The notes beneath the pieces were generated by a model that ran no database searches, was not told where the DNA came from, and saw nothing but the letters and a program-made list of their open reading frames with translations. The position numbers and the translations under genes were made by a program. From the NCBI RefSeq assembly GCF_009914755.1, contig NC_060937.1: a stretch of DNA of 64,000 bases. One strand, given 5' to 3'. The DNA is from the human T2T-CHM13v2.0 reference genome, Homo sapiens. Each line of letters begins with the position of its first letter. Positions within the stretch are counted from its first letter, which is position 1. Below are positions 25,069-37,820 of the stretch, in pieces.

Positions 25069-27819
25069 TTAGCGAACACCAGGCACTGCACTGTGTCTAG
25101 GGGAAAAAATAGTGCAGTAGACATGGTGCCTGGCTTCAGTAGGTATTAGATGTATACAGAATAAATCTAGCACTATGGTGAGTGCCCCAGAAATGTTTGT
25201 TCAGTTGCAGTACGTAAGCATAAAATACTAGGTCATCAAGTTAAACAGGTACCAAATTTTGATGAAGTAAATGCCATGAACTACCATATCAGATACCATT
25301 CAAGTGTCAGGAAAAGGCAGAGCTCTAATGACCACAGAAGGCAACAGTGGCCATATTACCACAGTACATACATAAGTTGTATGGACCTGGTGTAAAAATT
25401 TAAAGGGGCAATACATTGTACATAAAAGTGGCTCTACCTTGCACCTGGAAATTATTGAACCTGAGGAAAGAATGATGCTCCGACAGAAAAATGTTTGTCT
25501 CTAGGGAGAAAAATGAGCTAGATAGGTTTTAATATTTTTTCCTCCTGTATATTTCAAGGTTTATAACTCCCAGAGAGGTGTGTGTGCATCTCTGTCTGAA
25601 TGCAGGCTCATTATGTTCAGAACCAAAATTGGAGCAATGTGTCCTGCAGGTGCGATGTTTTTTGTTTTTTGTTTTTTTTTCCAGCAAAACCATCAGTCCA
25701 CCAGGAATTGCCCATTAAACGTGTGTCTTTTTACAACCAGCTGGATCACTTCCTATTACTCATAACAGGGTTATTTACAAATGAGACGCTGAAAGGGTAA
25801 CGTTGTCTGCCTCAGCCAAGGTACCTTCTGTTCTATTAAGAATATAGAAAAGTAAATAACAGAAAGGAAATACATCCTGCCAGTTAACAAGATGCGGGTT
25901 AAGGGCCAGAGGCAAAACCCAGGGCCCTTAAACTAGCCAATCATTAACTGCTAGAAAATGCCTACAGAGGGGTCACCTCTGGTGATACAGGAGAGAGAAG
26001 AGGAACCTAGGAAAATATCTGTCTTTGCATGAGTGGGAAAGCTGAAGGACTCAAGAAGACAAACAGAACCATCCAAGCAACGCTTTCCCTCAGTTTTCAG
26101 CTGAAATCAGTTCCACAGTACTACATGTTTTTTTCATGGAAAGAAAATCATAGCACTCCCCTTTTCCTTCCTTGGTTTTTCATTTCTAAAACCATTTACT
26201 TTCTCTTCCTCAATGTAATGGCATACTCCACATGTAGGATCTGATTACAGATCTGGACTAAACCTTAGGAATTTTAATAAAAGAACTTATGATGAATGTC
26301 TACACTGCGTTATGCTTCATTTTGGTTTATAAATTGCATACAGTGCTGTTTTGTTTTGACCAGGGACTAAAATGAAACCAAATCTCTACAAAATACCTAG
26401 GTTGGGCCAATCTTACAGCACTAGTAAATTTACTCCCTAGAAACATTCACAACATGCCGTTCCTACTTGATTAAAGATTAAAACATCAATTTTGGTTTGA
26501 AACAGCCTTCTGCCTGGAGCTGCTGATTTGATGTATTGCTTTTGGCTTTGGTTTCCAAATGTCAGCAGTTGGAGACACTGAAAAAAGGTAGAAGGATCTG
26601 CAAGGGTTCCGGAAAAAGAAATCAGAAGTTTCCTTTTACTGCTGTGTCCCAAGTTCCTTCCTCCCAACTCCTAACTTGGTAGTCTGATTTCTATGATACT
26701 TCTTGCATGATCTTTCTCCACAAGTTGTTTCTGCTTTGTCTTTGCCCACCAACACACAGGGCTCCAGAGTTCTTCGAAAACCACCAGAAATAATCAACCA
26801 ACACCAAACACAGTAGAAAGGAATGGAGATACTTCCCTATGATCAAATCAAGAATAATAAGGAGGATTTTACATCATTTAACCAATTTCTTAATTTTAAT
26901 ATGTCTCTCTGCTCAGATATCCCTGCTTTTGCTATCAAGAAGGGATATATTTGCATAATCTTTCCTGATTCAGTGCTCAATCTTTCTCAGATTGTTACAA
27001 GCCATTAGCCATTGCCCTAAACTTGCACAAAAACCTAGTATTAGCAGTGACTACCCCTTAGAAAACAGATTAGTTTCTGTCTGTTATTAATCACCCATTT
27101 GGCTTGAGCTGCTCATTAAAACACCCCTTCCAGGCACATACACACTTTCAATGCAAAAAACCTGGAAATTTTCTCCATCTTTGCCGCATCTGTACTTCAA
27201 GCATGTGGACCCTCCAACATGGGCAATGTTTTAACTTACTCTTGCAAGGTTATTGCTTATGTAAAATATTTAAATAAGGGATAGGGAATCAGTGCTGACA
27301 GAAGCCTAGGAAAGAGAGAGGGAAAAGGCAGTGACTTTGTGTGAATATCCCTTCTTAATTCAATATCGAATACATTTTACTGTTATGAAAAGTTCACTGT
27401 TATTATACAGAGAAATTCAGCAGAAATACATTAGAGATGTCACTCTCAGTGAACGCCCTTCTAGTTTGGTAAATTTCATTATGGACCCTCACTCTGGTCC
27501 GGAATTTTTGGTAGCGTGGCAAGTGGGAATGTCCGTCCGTCCTTACTTCAAGTTTTAAAAACGGATTAAAGGAAGAAGAGAGAGCTACGTTTTACATAGA
27601 ATTCCCTTTTGGGGAGAAGTTAACAGTATTTCTTTTCTCCATAATCTTAATAAATTTCACTTCCTTATCAAATTTAGACATCTTCATATTTCAAGTTTTT
27701 ATTAACAATCATTTTCTGGCAATGTTAATAAGGCAAAGATAGTTATTACTATAAGTGGTCATTGAATATGTTTTTTATACATGTGTCATGTTATTCTTTT
27801 AAAATATATAACATGTGTA

Positions 27820-28395
27820 ATTTTATTTCCAACTTTTAAGTTCTGGGGTACATGTGCAGAATGTGCCGGTTTGTTCCATAGGTAAACGTGTGCCACGGTG
27901 GCTTGTTGCACAGATCATCCCATCGCCCAGGTATTAAGGCCGGCATCCACTAGCTATTCTTCCTGATCCTCTCCGTCCTCCCATCCCTCCACCCTGACAG
28001 GCCCCAGTGTGTGTTGTTCCAACTGCCATGTGTCCATGTGTTCTCATCATTTAGCTCCCACTTGTAAGTGAGAACATGCAGTATTTGGTTTTCTTTTCCT
28101 GCGTTAGTTTGCTAAGGATAATGGCCTCCAGCTCCATCCACGTCCCTGCAAAAGACATGATCTCATTCTTTTTATGGCTTCATAGTATTCCATGGTGTAT
28201 ATTTACCTCATTTTCTTTATCCAGTCTATCAATGGTGGGCGTTTAGGTTGATTCCGTGTCTTTGCTATTGTGAATAGTGCTGCAATAAACCCCCACCAAC
28301 AGTGTAAAAGTGTTCCTTTTCCTCTACAAACTTGCTGGCATCTGTTATTTTTTGACTTTTTACTAATAGCCATTCTGTCTGGTGTGAGAAGGTAT
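27820..28395 (-). mobile_element. L1PA (about PA8-PA10) 3' end with an internal deletion
   Basis: ggggtacatgtgcag...ctgacaggccccagtgtgtgttgttcc...gtgagaacatgcagtatttgg. Jumps from gctgcaataaac directly to cccaccaacagtgtaaaag. Confidence 0.9.
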
Positions 28396-29739
28396 ATATT
28401 TATATTAACATATTATATATTACAAAATATTGTATATGTATATTTTATTAGAGTAAGTCGACCCTGGATACAGATGCTTAAAGTAAGTTTTATGACACTT
28501 TAGCATCAGCTGTCAATGTCAAACATCTAAGCTTTCTAGGGTAGACCATTTTAAGTGACCAGTGTATGAGAACAGGACAGGTCAACCAGAATTGAGAAAA
28601 TTTGGTTTTTGTAAATTGTTTTGGGTTCTTTGGCATACTAAGTATAAGGTATATATAAACCTAATGTAGCTCAAATTCTCCAATAAGTTAAATGAGGCAT
28701 GTTATTCTTCTTTATTTCTGCCCTCAAATTACCATTCTGGAGGAGACTACAGTTGTTTCATGCCACGCCATCAAAAATTACATATTCAAAACCTAAGGCA
28801 TATCATTAGCAATTAAATGGCACTCTGCGTTTACCTGAAATTTTAATGTCAGTAATTTTTTTAGCTCCTGTGTATGTTTCTAATTGGAAAAAATATTAGG
28901 ATTTCTATTTTGCTGGTAGAAAAATGTAGTTTTATATAGTGACTGATTATTAAAAAAAAAAAGTAAAGTTAGTCATAGAGAGAGGATTCCCCTTTAACTG
29001 CTGTTTCCTCATTCTACCCTCATTTAACTCAATTCCCATAGTAAGACCGTTCCTTATCACACCAGATGTCTCTAGTCCTTTTATAAATGAGTTGGGTTTG
29101 GGAATAGAGATATGTTTTGCATGCATAATGAAGGTAAATTTTCCAATCTAAAAATCAGATCTTTGGGACAGCCTGACATCAATTTATCAATCACTGTAAC
29201 TGCTCCAGCACTATGACAATTAGTTCATTTCTTGTCATTACACATGTCAGTAAATACTTTTCCTTCAGATCAGTACTTGTTCTTGTCATTTACTAAGGCA
29301 TGTAGAGCTTTGTATAATGTCATGCCAAGACTTTTTTTGTGAAATGACTACAAAAAATAACTCCAAAACTTTGTTGAGGAAGCTGAGGAGGAAGCACACA
29401 GCCTGCTTGCCCCAAAATATCAACCACATTTCACCCAAGTTATCCAAATTAAAAATATTTTTCTGAGTTTCAAGACCTTTCATAATCATAAGTGGGTAGC
29501 CCCATATTGTAAGAATGTCCAAAGATCATTATAATGTTTCCTGTCTCATGTTTAATAAAAAAGGAACCATAGTTAATTTGCCATGACATATCCTCTGCAT
29601 GACTTTCTGTAAATTATGGTCTAGCCACAAAATTAAGCTAGACTCTTGTGGGCAAGACTGCAGTCACTTAAAAATTATGTAAGTGGGGACAGACTCCTGG
29701 AGAGAATAACCCACAGAAATTATTAGATGTATACAATAA

Positions 29740-29975
29740 TTTAAGGAGAGGGAAACAGTTACAAAAGAGTACATACACATGATTCTCATTTAAATATATT
29801 ATACACATATTACAGTATATAGTGACAAATATGTATTTGTTGTGTGCATTGACGAAAAGTCAGTTTCTCTCTGTGTGGTTAGATAATGGGTCTTTTAAAT
29901 TTCCTTCTTTATACTTTACTTTAGTCTTCCAATTTTTCTATAATAGACAGGCATTAACTGATATATAATCAGGTA
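29740..29975 (+). mobile_element. L1ME-type 3' terminal fragment
   Basis: agttacaaaagagtacatacacatgattctcattt...ttccttctttatacttt...ttccaatttttctataatagaca. Confidence 0.45.
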
Positions 29976-30833
29976 AGTGTCCTAAAAATAGAGAAATAGA
30001 TGTATAAGCAACCATAAAAATTCTAAGATTACAAAGCCTATGTCTTTAAATTCCCTGAAAAGAAAGGCCACGTTTTTAAAAACACACTAGGAGAGTGGTA
30101 CTGTATCTTCAGGATTCTGAAAATAATGTAAAGACCTGGTAAATGAGTGGCTGAAAGTGAAATATGAACTAGAGATACACAGTTGTTAAGGCAAAACAAA
30201 GAAAAAGTAGAGATTTTTTTAAAACACAGAGTTAACAGTGGTATCTGCATCATATCTCCTCTTTGAATAATTACAAGTGATTGCAGCTTGCTGGGCCCAG
30301 TTAAATCAATTCATAATTATGTCACTTCATTTTAATGAAACTAAAGGAAACCGACTCACACAAAATAGGTGTCTTTAAAATATTCTATTAAAGGAACTAC
30401 CAATAGCAACTAAACCTAATCACTCATGGTCAAGTAAATATTAAAATCACAGAGCTGACATCTACCACTCCTTATCTGAGATCTCCATTGGACTACATTG
30501 CCATCTTAGAAGGAATGACCATCAGATAAGTCGAAATAATCAAGAAGACTATTTGGAATATGTGTGTGTATACTTACACTTGATAAGTTAATCTCATTCA
30601 ATGTGTATTCTTGGCTTTAAAATAGTAATGATAGTATAAAGCCATCATATTAATAAAAATATTAAAAAATGAACAGCCAGGACATAAAAACAGACCATGA
30701 CAATTTTAAGGGAAAAAGTCATAGTTATTGTCACTGCAGTATTTTATCAAATTTCTCTATTAAATCTATGGCAACTGTTTGAAGTCTCTTTTAAGGTTCT
30801 TTCACTTCATTGTGAAAACCAAATTCCACATAC

Positions 30834-30940
30834 CAGCGAAGAAAGTCTCCTTCCTGCAATAGATAGTAGAGTGGACTGCAATAATGGGCTAAAAATAATA
30901 GAGAGATGATCTAAAACCATTTCTTTTTCAACATACACTG
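30834..30940 (-). other. Candidate 107-nt internal exon (unverified)
   Basis: Minus strand attttctgtcttccag|CAGTG...TTCGCTG|gtatgt in non-repeat DNA; one open frame. Confidence 0.3.
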
Positions 30941-31660
30941 CTGGAAGACAGAAAATATTGTTGGAAATGGAAAGAAACAAGCCACAAATCACACATTGTG
31001 GGAGATTTGGTTTTTTTGGATGAAGCTATGGATTATGCTATGTTTCAGTCTATGCTATTTGCTATATGCTGTTTCAATAATGAAATATACAAAGAACTAC
31101 TTTTTTGTGAGCCACTGAGGATGGTTGTTTGGTCTGAATGTAACCATTCATAGAATATATATGCCTATGACTGGAATGGAGATGGGAATCTGCTTTCAGA
31201 GCTCAGAGATACTCCAGCTTGTGAAATGCATCTGCTGCCTCATTCTGAGGCATGCTACTGCAGCAAATAATTGAAACCAGAAGCAAAGTGCCCAAAATGC
31301 TACAAGATGCCAATTAGATCACCTGCTGCACAACTCTGATCACCTGTAATACAATACAAATGAAGAACCTTCAAGCTGGGCAAGAGAGGGACCCTATCTT
31401 TAGGGGGTTCCCCAGGTTTATACCACCAAAGGGGATTTATTGTTAATCATGGAGAAATACTTAAAATATTTAATTGCATGGGGAATGAACATATACGTCT
31501 TTTAAAGCACACAGAATCACTGGGTATTTCATTGCAAAATATTTAAAAGAGGTATCGAAGAATAATTTGTGTATTTTTATTTTACAAAAGGCAAAAGTGT
31601 CAGTTTTGCCAACCTTTAATTTGATGAAAAGTAGTAATCAGCAATATATTACCCAGAATT

Positions 31661-31947
31661 ATTTCTTGAGACAGGATCTCATTGTCACCCAGCCTGGAGT
31701 GCAGCGGTGCGATCATGGCTCACTGCAGACTCAACCTCCTGGCTCAAGCAATCCTCCTGCCTCAGCGTCCCAAGAAGCTGAGGCTACAGGCACATGTCAC
31801 CATATCTGGCTATTTTTTTAAATTTTTTGTAGAGAGAGAGTCCTACTATGCTGCCCAGGTTGGTTTGGAGCTCCTGGGCTCAAGCAATCCTCTTGCCTTG
31901 GCATTCCAAAGTGCTGAGACGACAGGTGTAAACCACCGCACCCAGCC
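31661..31947 (-). mobile_element. Full-length AluJ
   Basis: gagacaggatctc...gcgatcatggctcactgcag...ggctcaagcaatcctc in both arms...ccaccgcacccagcc. Confidence 0.92.
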
Positions 31948-32419
31948 CGGAAAAAGTTTTTGGGAAGGAAAAAAAGAAGTTAATCTACTTAGTCTGTACT
32001 TTCAAGGTAAAAATGATATTTAAACAATAAGTCACAAAGTCCTTTTATTTAAAGGAGACTCATGCTATATTTCAAAAATTGATGTTTAAAAATATTTCCA
32101 TATTTATAAGATTTTGCTGTTGAAGATGATACTAAAAGGTCTCTCAGAGAATCTTATTTAAACACTTGAAAAACTCAGAAATAGGCCTCTCTAACCTGTT
32201 TTCACAGATTCCAAATAGAATCTCAATAGAGAATGAATATCAGTTTAAATTATTAAAATATAGCACATACTGGGTTTAACATTAGAATAAATGGACACTT
32301 GTCACCCTATTTTTAACAAATGCTTTGCAAAAATGAGGGTAAGAGGTAAAAATATGTTTTATTATTTAGTAGACAAAACTATTTAGATCTATGTATATTT
32401 GTAAAACATACTTTTTGTT

Positions 32420-32815
32420 CTTAAACTCTATTATCAAAATAAGTAGCCTCAGAACCAGATCTTAAGTTACTATATCATAAAGTGTTCAATGGAGCTTTTT
32501 TTTTGTTTGGGAAAAAAAATGTCAAACTATATTACTCTAGTTTTAACACATTTTTACGAATACAAAAGCATCTTGTAGTAATGAAAAACTAAAATTTAAA
32601 AACTAATGTTTTTCAGCTTTTTTCTGTTTTAAAATTTCTATTTCAGGTACATTTTATGCTATTGAATTATATTAGTTCAATAGGATATATAAGTAAATTA
32701 TGTATTTATATACATATGCATATGTACATATATGTGTATATATGTATTTACTTGAGGGTTTGTTATAAAAATCTAACTGATAAAATATGTGTTTTTAAAA
32801 AAATATAGTCCACTG
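32420..32815 (+). mobile_element. hAT-Charlie (MER113-like) 3' fragment
   Basis: cctcagaaccagatctt...tatatcataaagtgtt...actgataaaatatgtg...aaaaaaatatagtccactg. Confidence 0.4.
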
Positions 32816-33664
32816 ATCTAGAGGATAGATGTGTGTCAAACAAGTTTTTAAAACTTTGAATGCATCAAGGGAACATTTCAAGGCAAGTTGTATTTCATAT
32901 TATAAATAAAGACATCTAAATCAATGTATTTGTTATGTGGATTACATCATAAGGAGATATTTTCCAAAGCAAAATATTGTTTCTCCTAATTGTGTTGTGC
33001 CTGTCTGAAACAAATTGTTTTTGCTGCTGTAAAGGTTCCCGGATCCTCACTGCAGCTCATAGTCCAGCCAGAGCATTGGAAAACAGTGCACATTTCAGAA
33101 ATAGATAATTTTCCAAAATGAGACAGTGCTCTCCAGAGAGAACAAGACCTTTATTTTCTCAAGCCTTGAGGTAGTTCATGCTACTGTTTAAATACCAACA
33201 CTCTATAAAAATCACAGCCATTTATCTTACTATTCAAGAAGTCTCCACGGTTGCCACATAGCAGTTTTATTACAGAAAAGAAAGGGAGAAGTAAATTTCT
33301 TACTATCCCCAAATCAGATAATGGAATTCACATCCTTTTCCTTGTCCTAGTTATTTATCTGGGACTTCCTGGTAAAAATTCTGTACTTCACATGTGTATT
33401 ATATCAGGGACACAAAGTGATCAGTTAACTTGGGGTGGGAGCAAAGAGCCATAAATATATTTTAACCATCAAAAAGCTCAATTGTATCATTTGCAAAGGA
33501 TTAAAAACTCATTCTATGTATATATTTAAATAACAATGTTTATTCTCTCTGTAAGGATAAGTTTTTAAAAAATAAATTAAGAAAACATCTTTTCTGTTAG
33601 TAAACATACACTCATTGTAAAATAAAAAGTAGGTACAGAAGAGTAAAGGAATAAAATAATGTGA

Positions 33665-34400
33665 AACAATGTGACTTCTCATATATTATGGAAGGAAGTT
33701 TAAGTAGACAGCCATTTGGGAAAACAGTTAGGCATTTTCTAGTAAACTAAAAAACACACAATCCCTGTGACCCAACAATTCTACTTCAAGGTATATACCC
33801 TAGGGAAACTTGCACACAGAACACGAGTAGACATGTACAAAAACCTTTTTTAGCAGCATCATTCACAATAGCTCCAATGTGGCAACAAACCAAATGTCCA
33901 TTGAAGGAACTGTTGAATGCTTACAAATGGAATCCTGTAAAGCATTGAAAACAATTGAAGGACAGCTATGTAATACATGAATATTGTACAGCAATGAAAA
34001 CAAATGAAGTACACCTATATGGAATGCTGTACAACCATGGAAATAAATGAACTACAACTACATGCTATAGAAAATGTTGTATAGAAATGGAAATAAATGA
34101 AAGCTACATGCTACATGGAATACCATACAACATGAAAAAATAAATTCCAGCCAAATCCTGTATTTATATGAAATACTGTATTTGTTCACATGGCTCCATC
34201 TTTCAAGCATAATGTTGAGAAAACAACGCAAGCCACAGAAAACAAAATTCTGATTTATGAAGTTGCAACAAAAAGCAAGGCTAATATATGGGTATTAAAG
34301 CTATAAAGTAAGGGAATGGTTATCTTAAGTCAGGATAATGGTTATTTGTAGGTAGAATGAAGAGAAATGTAAAGACACAAGGATAGTTTTTAAGCTTAAA
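33665..34400 (+). mobile_element. L1ME-type 3' region containing an internal tandem expansion
   Basis: tgtgacccaacaattctacttcaaggtatataccctagggaaac...caaaccaaatgtccat...gcataatgttgag...aagtcaggataatggtta. Confidence 0.75.
33927..34185 (+). repeat. Degenerate minisatellite, about 5.5 copies of a 42-53-nt L1-derived unit
   Basis: Units begin near 33927, 33977, 34019, 34067, 34115 and 34168; consensus about ATGGAATRCTGTACAGCAATGAAAAYAAATGAACTACAGCTACATG. Confidence 0.75.
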
Positions 34401-34434
34401 ATCTTAGCTATCTATAGAGTTATATGCAAAAAAA

Positions 34435-34595
34435 AAGTCTTGAGTTGGCAGTCACAGCTGGTACAGTAGCTCCATGATGTCATCAAGGACCAGGCTCTTT
34501 GTTTTTTCTGCTCCATCTTCCTCTGTTCTTGGCTTTTGTCTTCATAGTAGCAAGATGGCTGCTATTTCATGCATCATGTCCACCATCCAGGTACA
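34435..34595 (-). mobile_element. Old MLT1 (J/K-like) LTR fragment
   Basis: ggcagtcacagctggtacagtagctccatgatgtcatcaaggaccaggctcttt...gcaagatggctgct. Confidence 0.6.
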
Positions 34596-35261
34596 AAATG
34601 ATAAAAACACAGCAGTTGAGTTTGTTTCAAGGATGCCTGGCAGTGCAGCAGCCATTTTACTACCATGTCGAAAAAGTCACATGCTGAAGACAATGGAGGA
34701 GGAAGAAATAATGAGAAGAGATATTTGCATCATCATCTTTTGGAGGAGGTGTTTGAAAAGTGGTATGAAAGGTGACCTTTACAGGGAAAAAAAAAAGGCA
34801 TCGTATTTTTTATGAGAATGCCAGAACAAAAAATATATGGAAATGATTATTTGGCTTTCGGGAAATTAGGACCAGTAATTATTTTGTAGATGATACAAAT
34901 CGGGCTAAGAAATCTTTATAGACATAAGATGTCTATAGAGGGGAAAATGTATCTAGTATGTTGACAAATGCTAAATCCTGAAACAATGCTAATAAAAATA
35001 CTAGATAATATAAGGATATATGAATTAGAGTTATAAGCAGACAGAGAGTGTCCACTTTGATATCCATTTCAATATTTCATCTCATAATAAATGGTTTAAT
35101 AGTATGACATGCTTTAAAACACATGCACCCATTCTTTCTGCTCTTTCATTTCCGGCTTTCTTTCTTATGTAGCAGGTATATCCACACCTTCTTGCAATCA
35201 CTGAGAGGGCTGCAAGCAGTTGAAAAGATAAGTGAAGTCAGAGGGTGTTTGGTGCTCTCTC

Positions 35262-35480
35262 TTTCTTATTTTTATTTTTATTTTTTGAGATGGTATCTCA
35301 CTTTGTTGCCCAGGCTGGAGTGCAATGGTGCAGTCTCACCCGGCTAATTTTTATATTTTTAGTAGAGAAGGGGTTTCACCATGTTGGCCAAGCTGGTTTC
35401 CAACTCCTGACCTCAGTTGATTTGCCTGCCTTGGCCTCCCAAAGTGCTGGGACTACAGGCCTGAGCCACCGCACCAAGCT
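35262..35480 (-). mobile_element. AluS with a deletion of about 85 bp in the right arm
   Basis: Junction gagtgcaatggtgcagtctc|acccggctaattttt; left arm intact. Confidence 0.9.
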
Positions 35481-35949
35481 GATCTTACTTTTTAAAAAAA
35501 AATAAGGATTCTTATGCATTCCGGTTCTACAATTAGATTTGGAGCAAATCAGAGAAACTCAGCTTGGGTAGAGAAAATTGACAAAGAAGAAATCTGGAAA
35601 CTCATGGTCCCTGGCCATGACATCATCTGAATCAAATCTTCATTACCAGCAATCTAGTTCCTATAACATGATTTATATCCTATGACTTCAGATATTTCAT
35701 CTTCATAATGCTCTTCTAGACTTCTCCTGAACCTTACTTTAGAAAACAGCGATCTTTAGGTACACTGAAGTTCCTTCTTTGAAGGAGCAAGTGTCTTCAT
35801 TCTCATACTTTTTGTATCTTCTCTCTTAGGATGCTAAGTACTTATATTGGAAATATATAGGATCCTTTAAATATCTGCAGTGAATATTTCAGAATGATCT
35901 GCATTCTTCAATTCCTGAAGGTTTAAAGGCGTTATGATATGATAAGGCA

Positions 35950-36100
35950 AACAAGAGCTGTAGACACAGAGCTACTTTTAAGTTCTAATGCTGTTATCAA
36001 TTACATAACTTTCTGGAGATTCTTAATCCTCATCTGCTAAGTCTGAACAATAAAACCTATTTCATGGGGGTGATTATGAGGATTACATGGAAAAAAAAAC
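35950..36100 (+). mobile_element. MIR fragment
   Basis: tcctcatctgctaag...aataaaacctatttcatggggg tgattatgaggatta. Confidence 0.55.
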
Positions 36101-36899
36101 ATGTTTCATGCTTCTCAAAATTCCTTAGGTATTTTGCATTCAGCCAAGGAAAATCATGGTGCAGCCTCCTGGAACATAAATTCTATTCTAAGATTGAGAA
36201 GTGACGGAAGTTAAAGTAATTTGACTCATAAATAATGTAAAACATTGATTAGCTATTAAAACAAGCACATATCATAGAGTTCAAAATTTGCATGAATATC
36301 TAAGCTAAAGCAAAAATCTTCAATGAAAGTTGACTTGTTCAGAGAGTTGTCACAGATTTTGTGCTGCTCTTGCATTAGGAATAATTTGGTGAAAAATTTT
36401 AGAAGCAACGTATGTATGATCCCATCTAGGAAACATTCCTTTTCAGTGAATATTCCTGATTAACTTGGCATTGCCCATCACATCAACTGTGATGCATCCA
36501 CAGGGCTGAGGAATAAATATAATGTACCAGAGAACAAAGCATAACACATATGTGACAGAATCAATAACCCCTTGAACCTACTAGAGTAGGAAAAAAAGGT
36601 CATTTTGGGGGGATTAAGAACTTTTGAGAGAGTTGATAGCCTGAGGCAAAGCCAAGGGCTATTTGTACCATGCAGTCATTAGCTTTCTGAAATAGCTACC
36701 TGTGACCTCTTTACCAAAGTAATGTGCACGCATGTTGGTAATAGCAGAGAGGCAGACAGCTTGCTAATATACTCTTAACTGGCCAACGTGGTGCTTAAGG
36801 CAAAGGAGAAATGTATATCTTTCTCTTTTCATCACCTTCACAGACACAGCAAATAATCCTAGAGTTGTCTTGCAGTTTTGGAAGCAGCTGTAGAAATCA

Positions 36900-37211
36900 C
36901 AGTGCTTTCAAACTGAGGATTGAAATGCACTAGAAGGTAGCGAAAACACTTCACTGGGTCAATTCATTTTTTTTAATTAAATAAAATAAAGTATGTCAAT
37001 AAAATATAATAGAATGTCAAGGAAAATACCAGAAAGTTTTGTATTTTGTAAAACTAAGTACCGTTTTTTTGTTATTTTTTGTTTCAGTTATCTGAACCTT
37101 TTGTTTCCATCATCTGTGAAGTGGTTCCAAATATGTATGTAGCAGATTGGTCCTCGTGTAAAATGATTTTTTTTATTGTGGGTTGCAGTCAAAAAATCTT
37201 AAAAGCCCCTG
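36900..37211 (+). mobile_element. hAT-Charlie MITE (MER112-like)
   Basis: Termini cagtgctttcaaact ... tgtgggttgcagtcaaaaaatcttaaaagcccctg form an imperfect Charlie-type TIR pair. Confidence 0.55.
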
Positions 37212-37423
37212 ATAGGAAGTACCCTTTGATTTTACAGATAATAAAACTTTAGTCCAAAGAGTTTACAAGCTTTGCATAAGCATATCATGAATTTTTGTTA
37301 ATATTAGGCCTCAAAGTAGCAATCAGGTTTCCTGGTTCACTCCAAATTTTTCTTTTCTGCCAAATTTCTCTGCATTGCCAAGTGATCAGAACCTTGAGAA
37401 TATATATATTTTTAAGAAATATC

Positions 37424-37702
37424 AGCCATGCACAGTGGCTGATATCACACCTATAATCCTTGCACTTTGGAAGTCTGAGGCTGGAGGATTGCTTGAGCCC
37501 AGGAGTTTGAGATCAGCTTGGGCAACACAGTGAGATCCCATCTCCACAAAAATTTAAAAATTAGCCAGGCATGGTGGCATGTGGCTGTAGTCTCAGCTAC
37601 TTGGGAGGCTGAGGTAAGAGGATCACTTGAGCCCAGGAGTTCCAGTCTCCAGTGAGCCACTGCACTCCAGCCTGGCTGACAGAGAGATCCTGTCTCAAAA
37701 AA
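37424..37702 (+). mobile_element. AluJ
   Basis: ggaggattgcttgagcccaggagtt and ggatcacttgagcccaggagtt in the two arms; short A tail. Confidence 0.92.
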
Positions 37703-37820
37703 GGAGAAATAGCGATATTTAAATAAACACTAAAAAATTTTGTGTCAAAGTACTTACATTTGTAAAATATGAGGGAATGTGTTGATGCCTAAAGTCTTTG
37801 TCCCTTTCCCTAAAAAATTC

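Noticed and set aside
30834-30855. RRLSSL peptide resembling the RPS6 phosphorylation site
   Set aside because: Six-residue match only; the flanks do not resemble RPS6.
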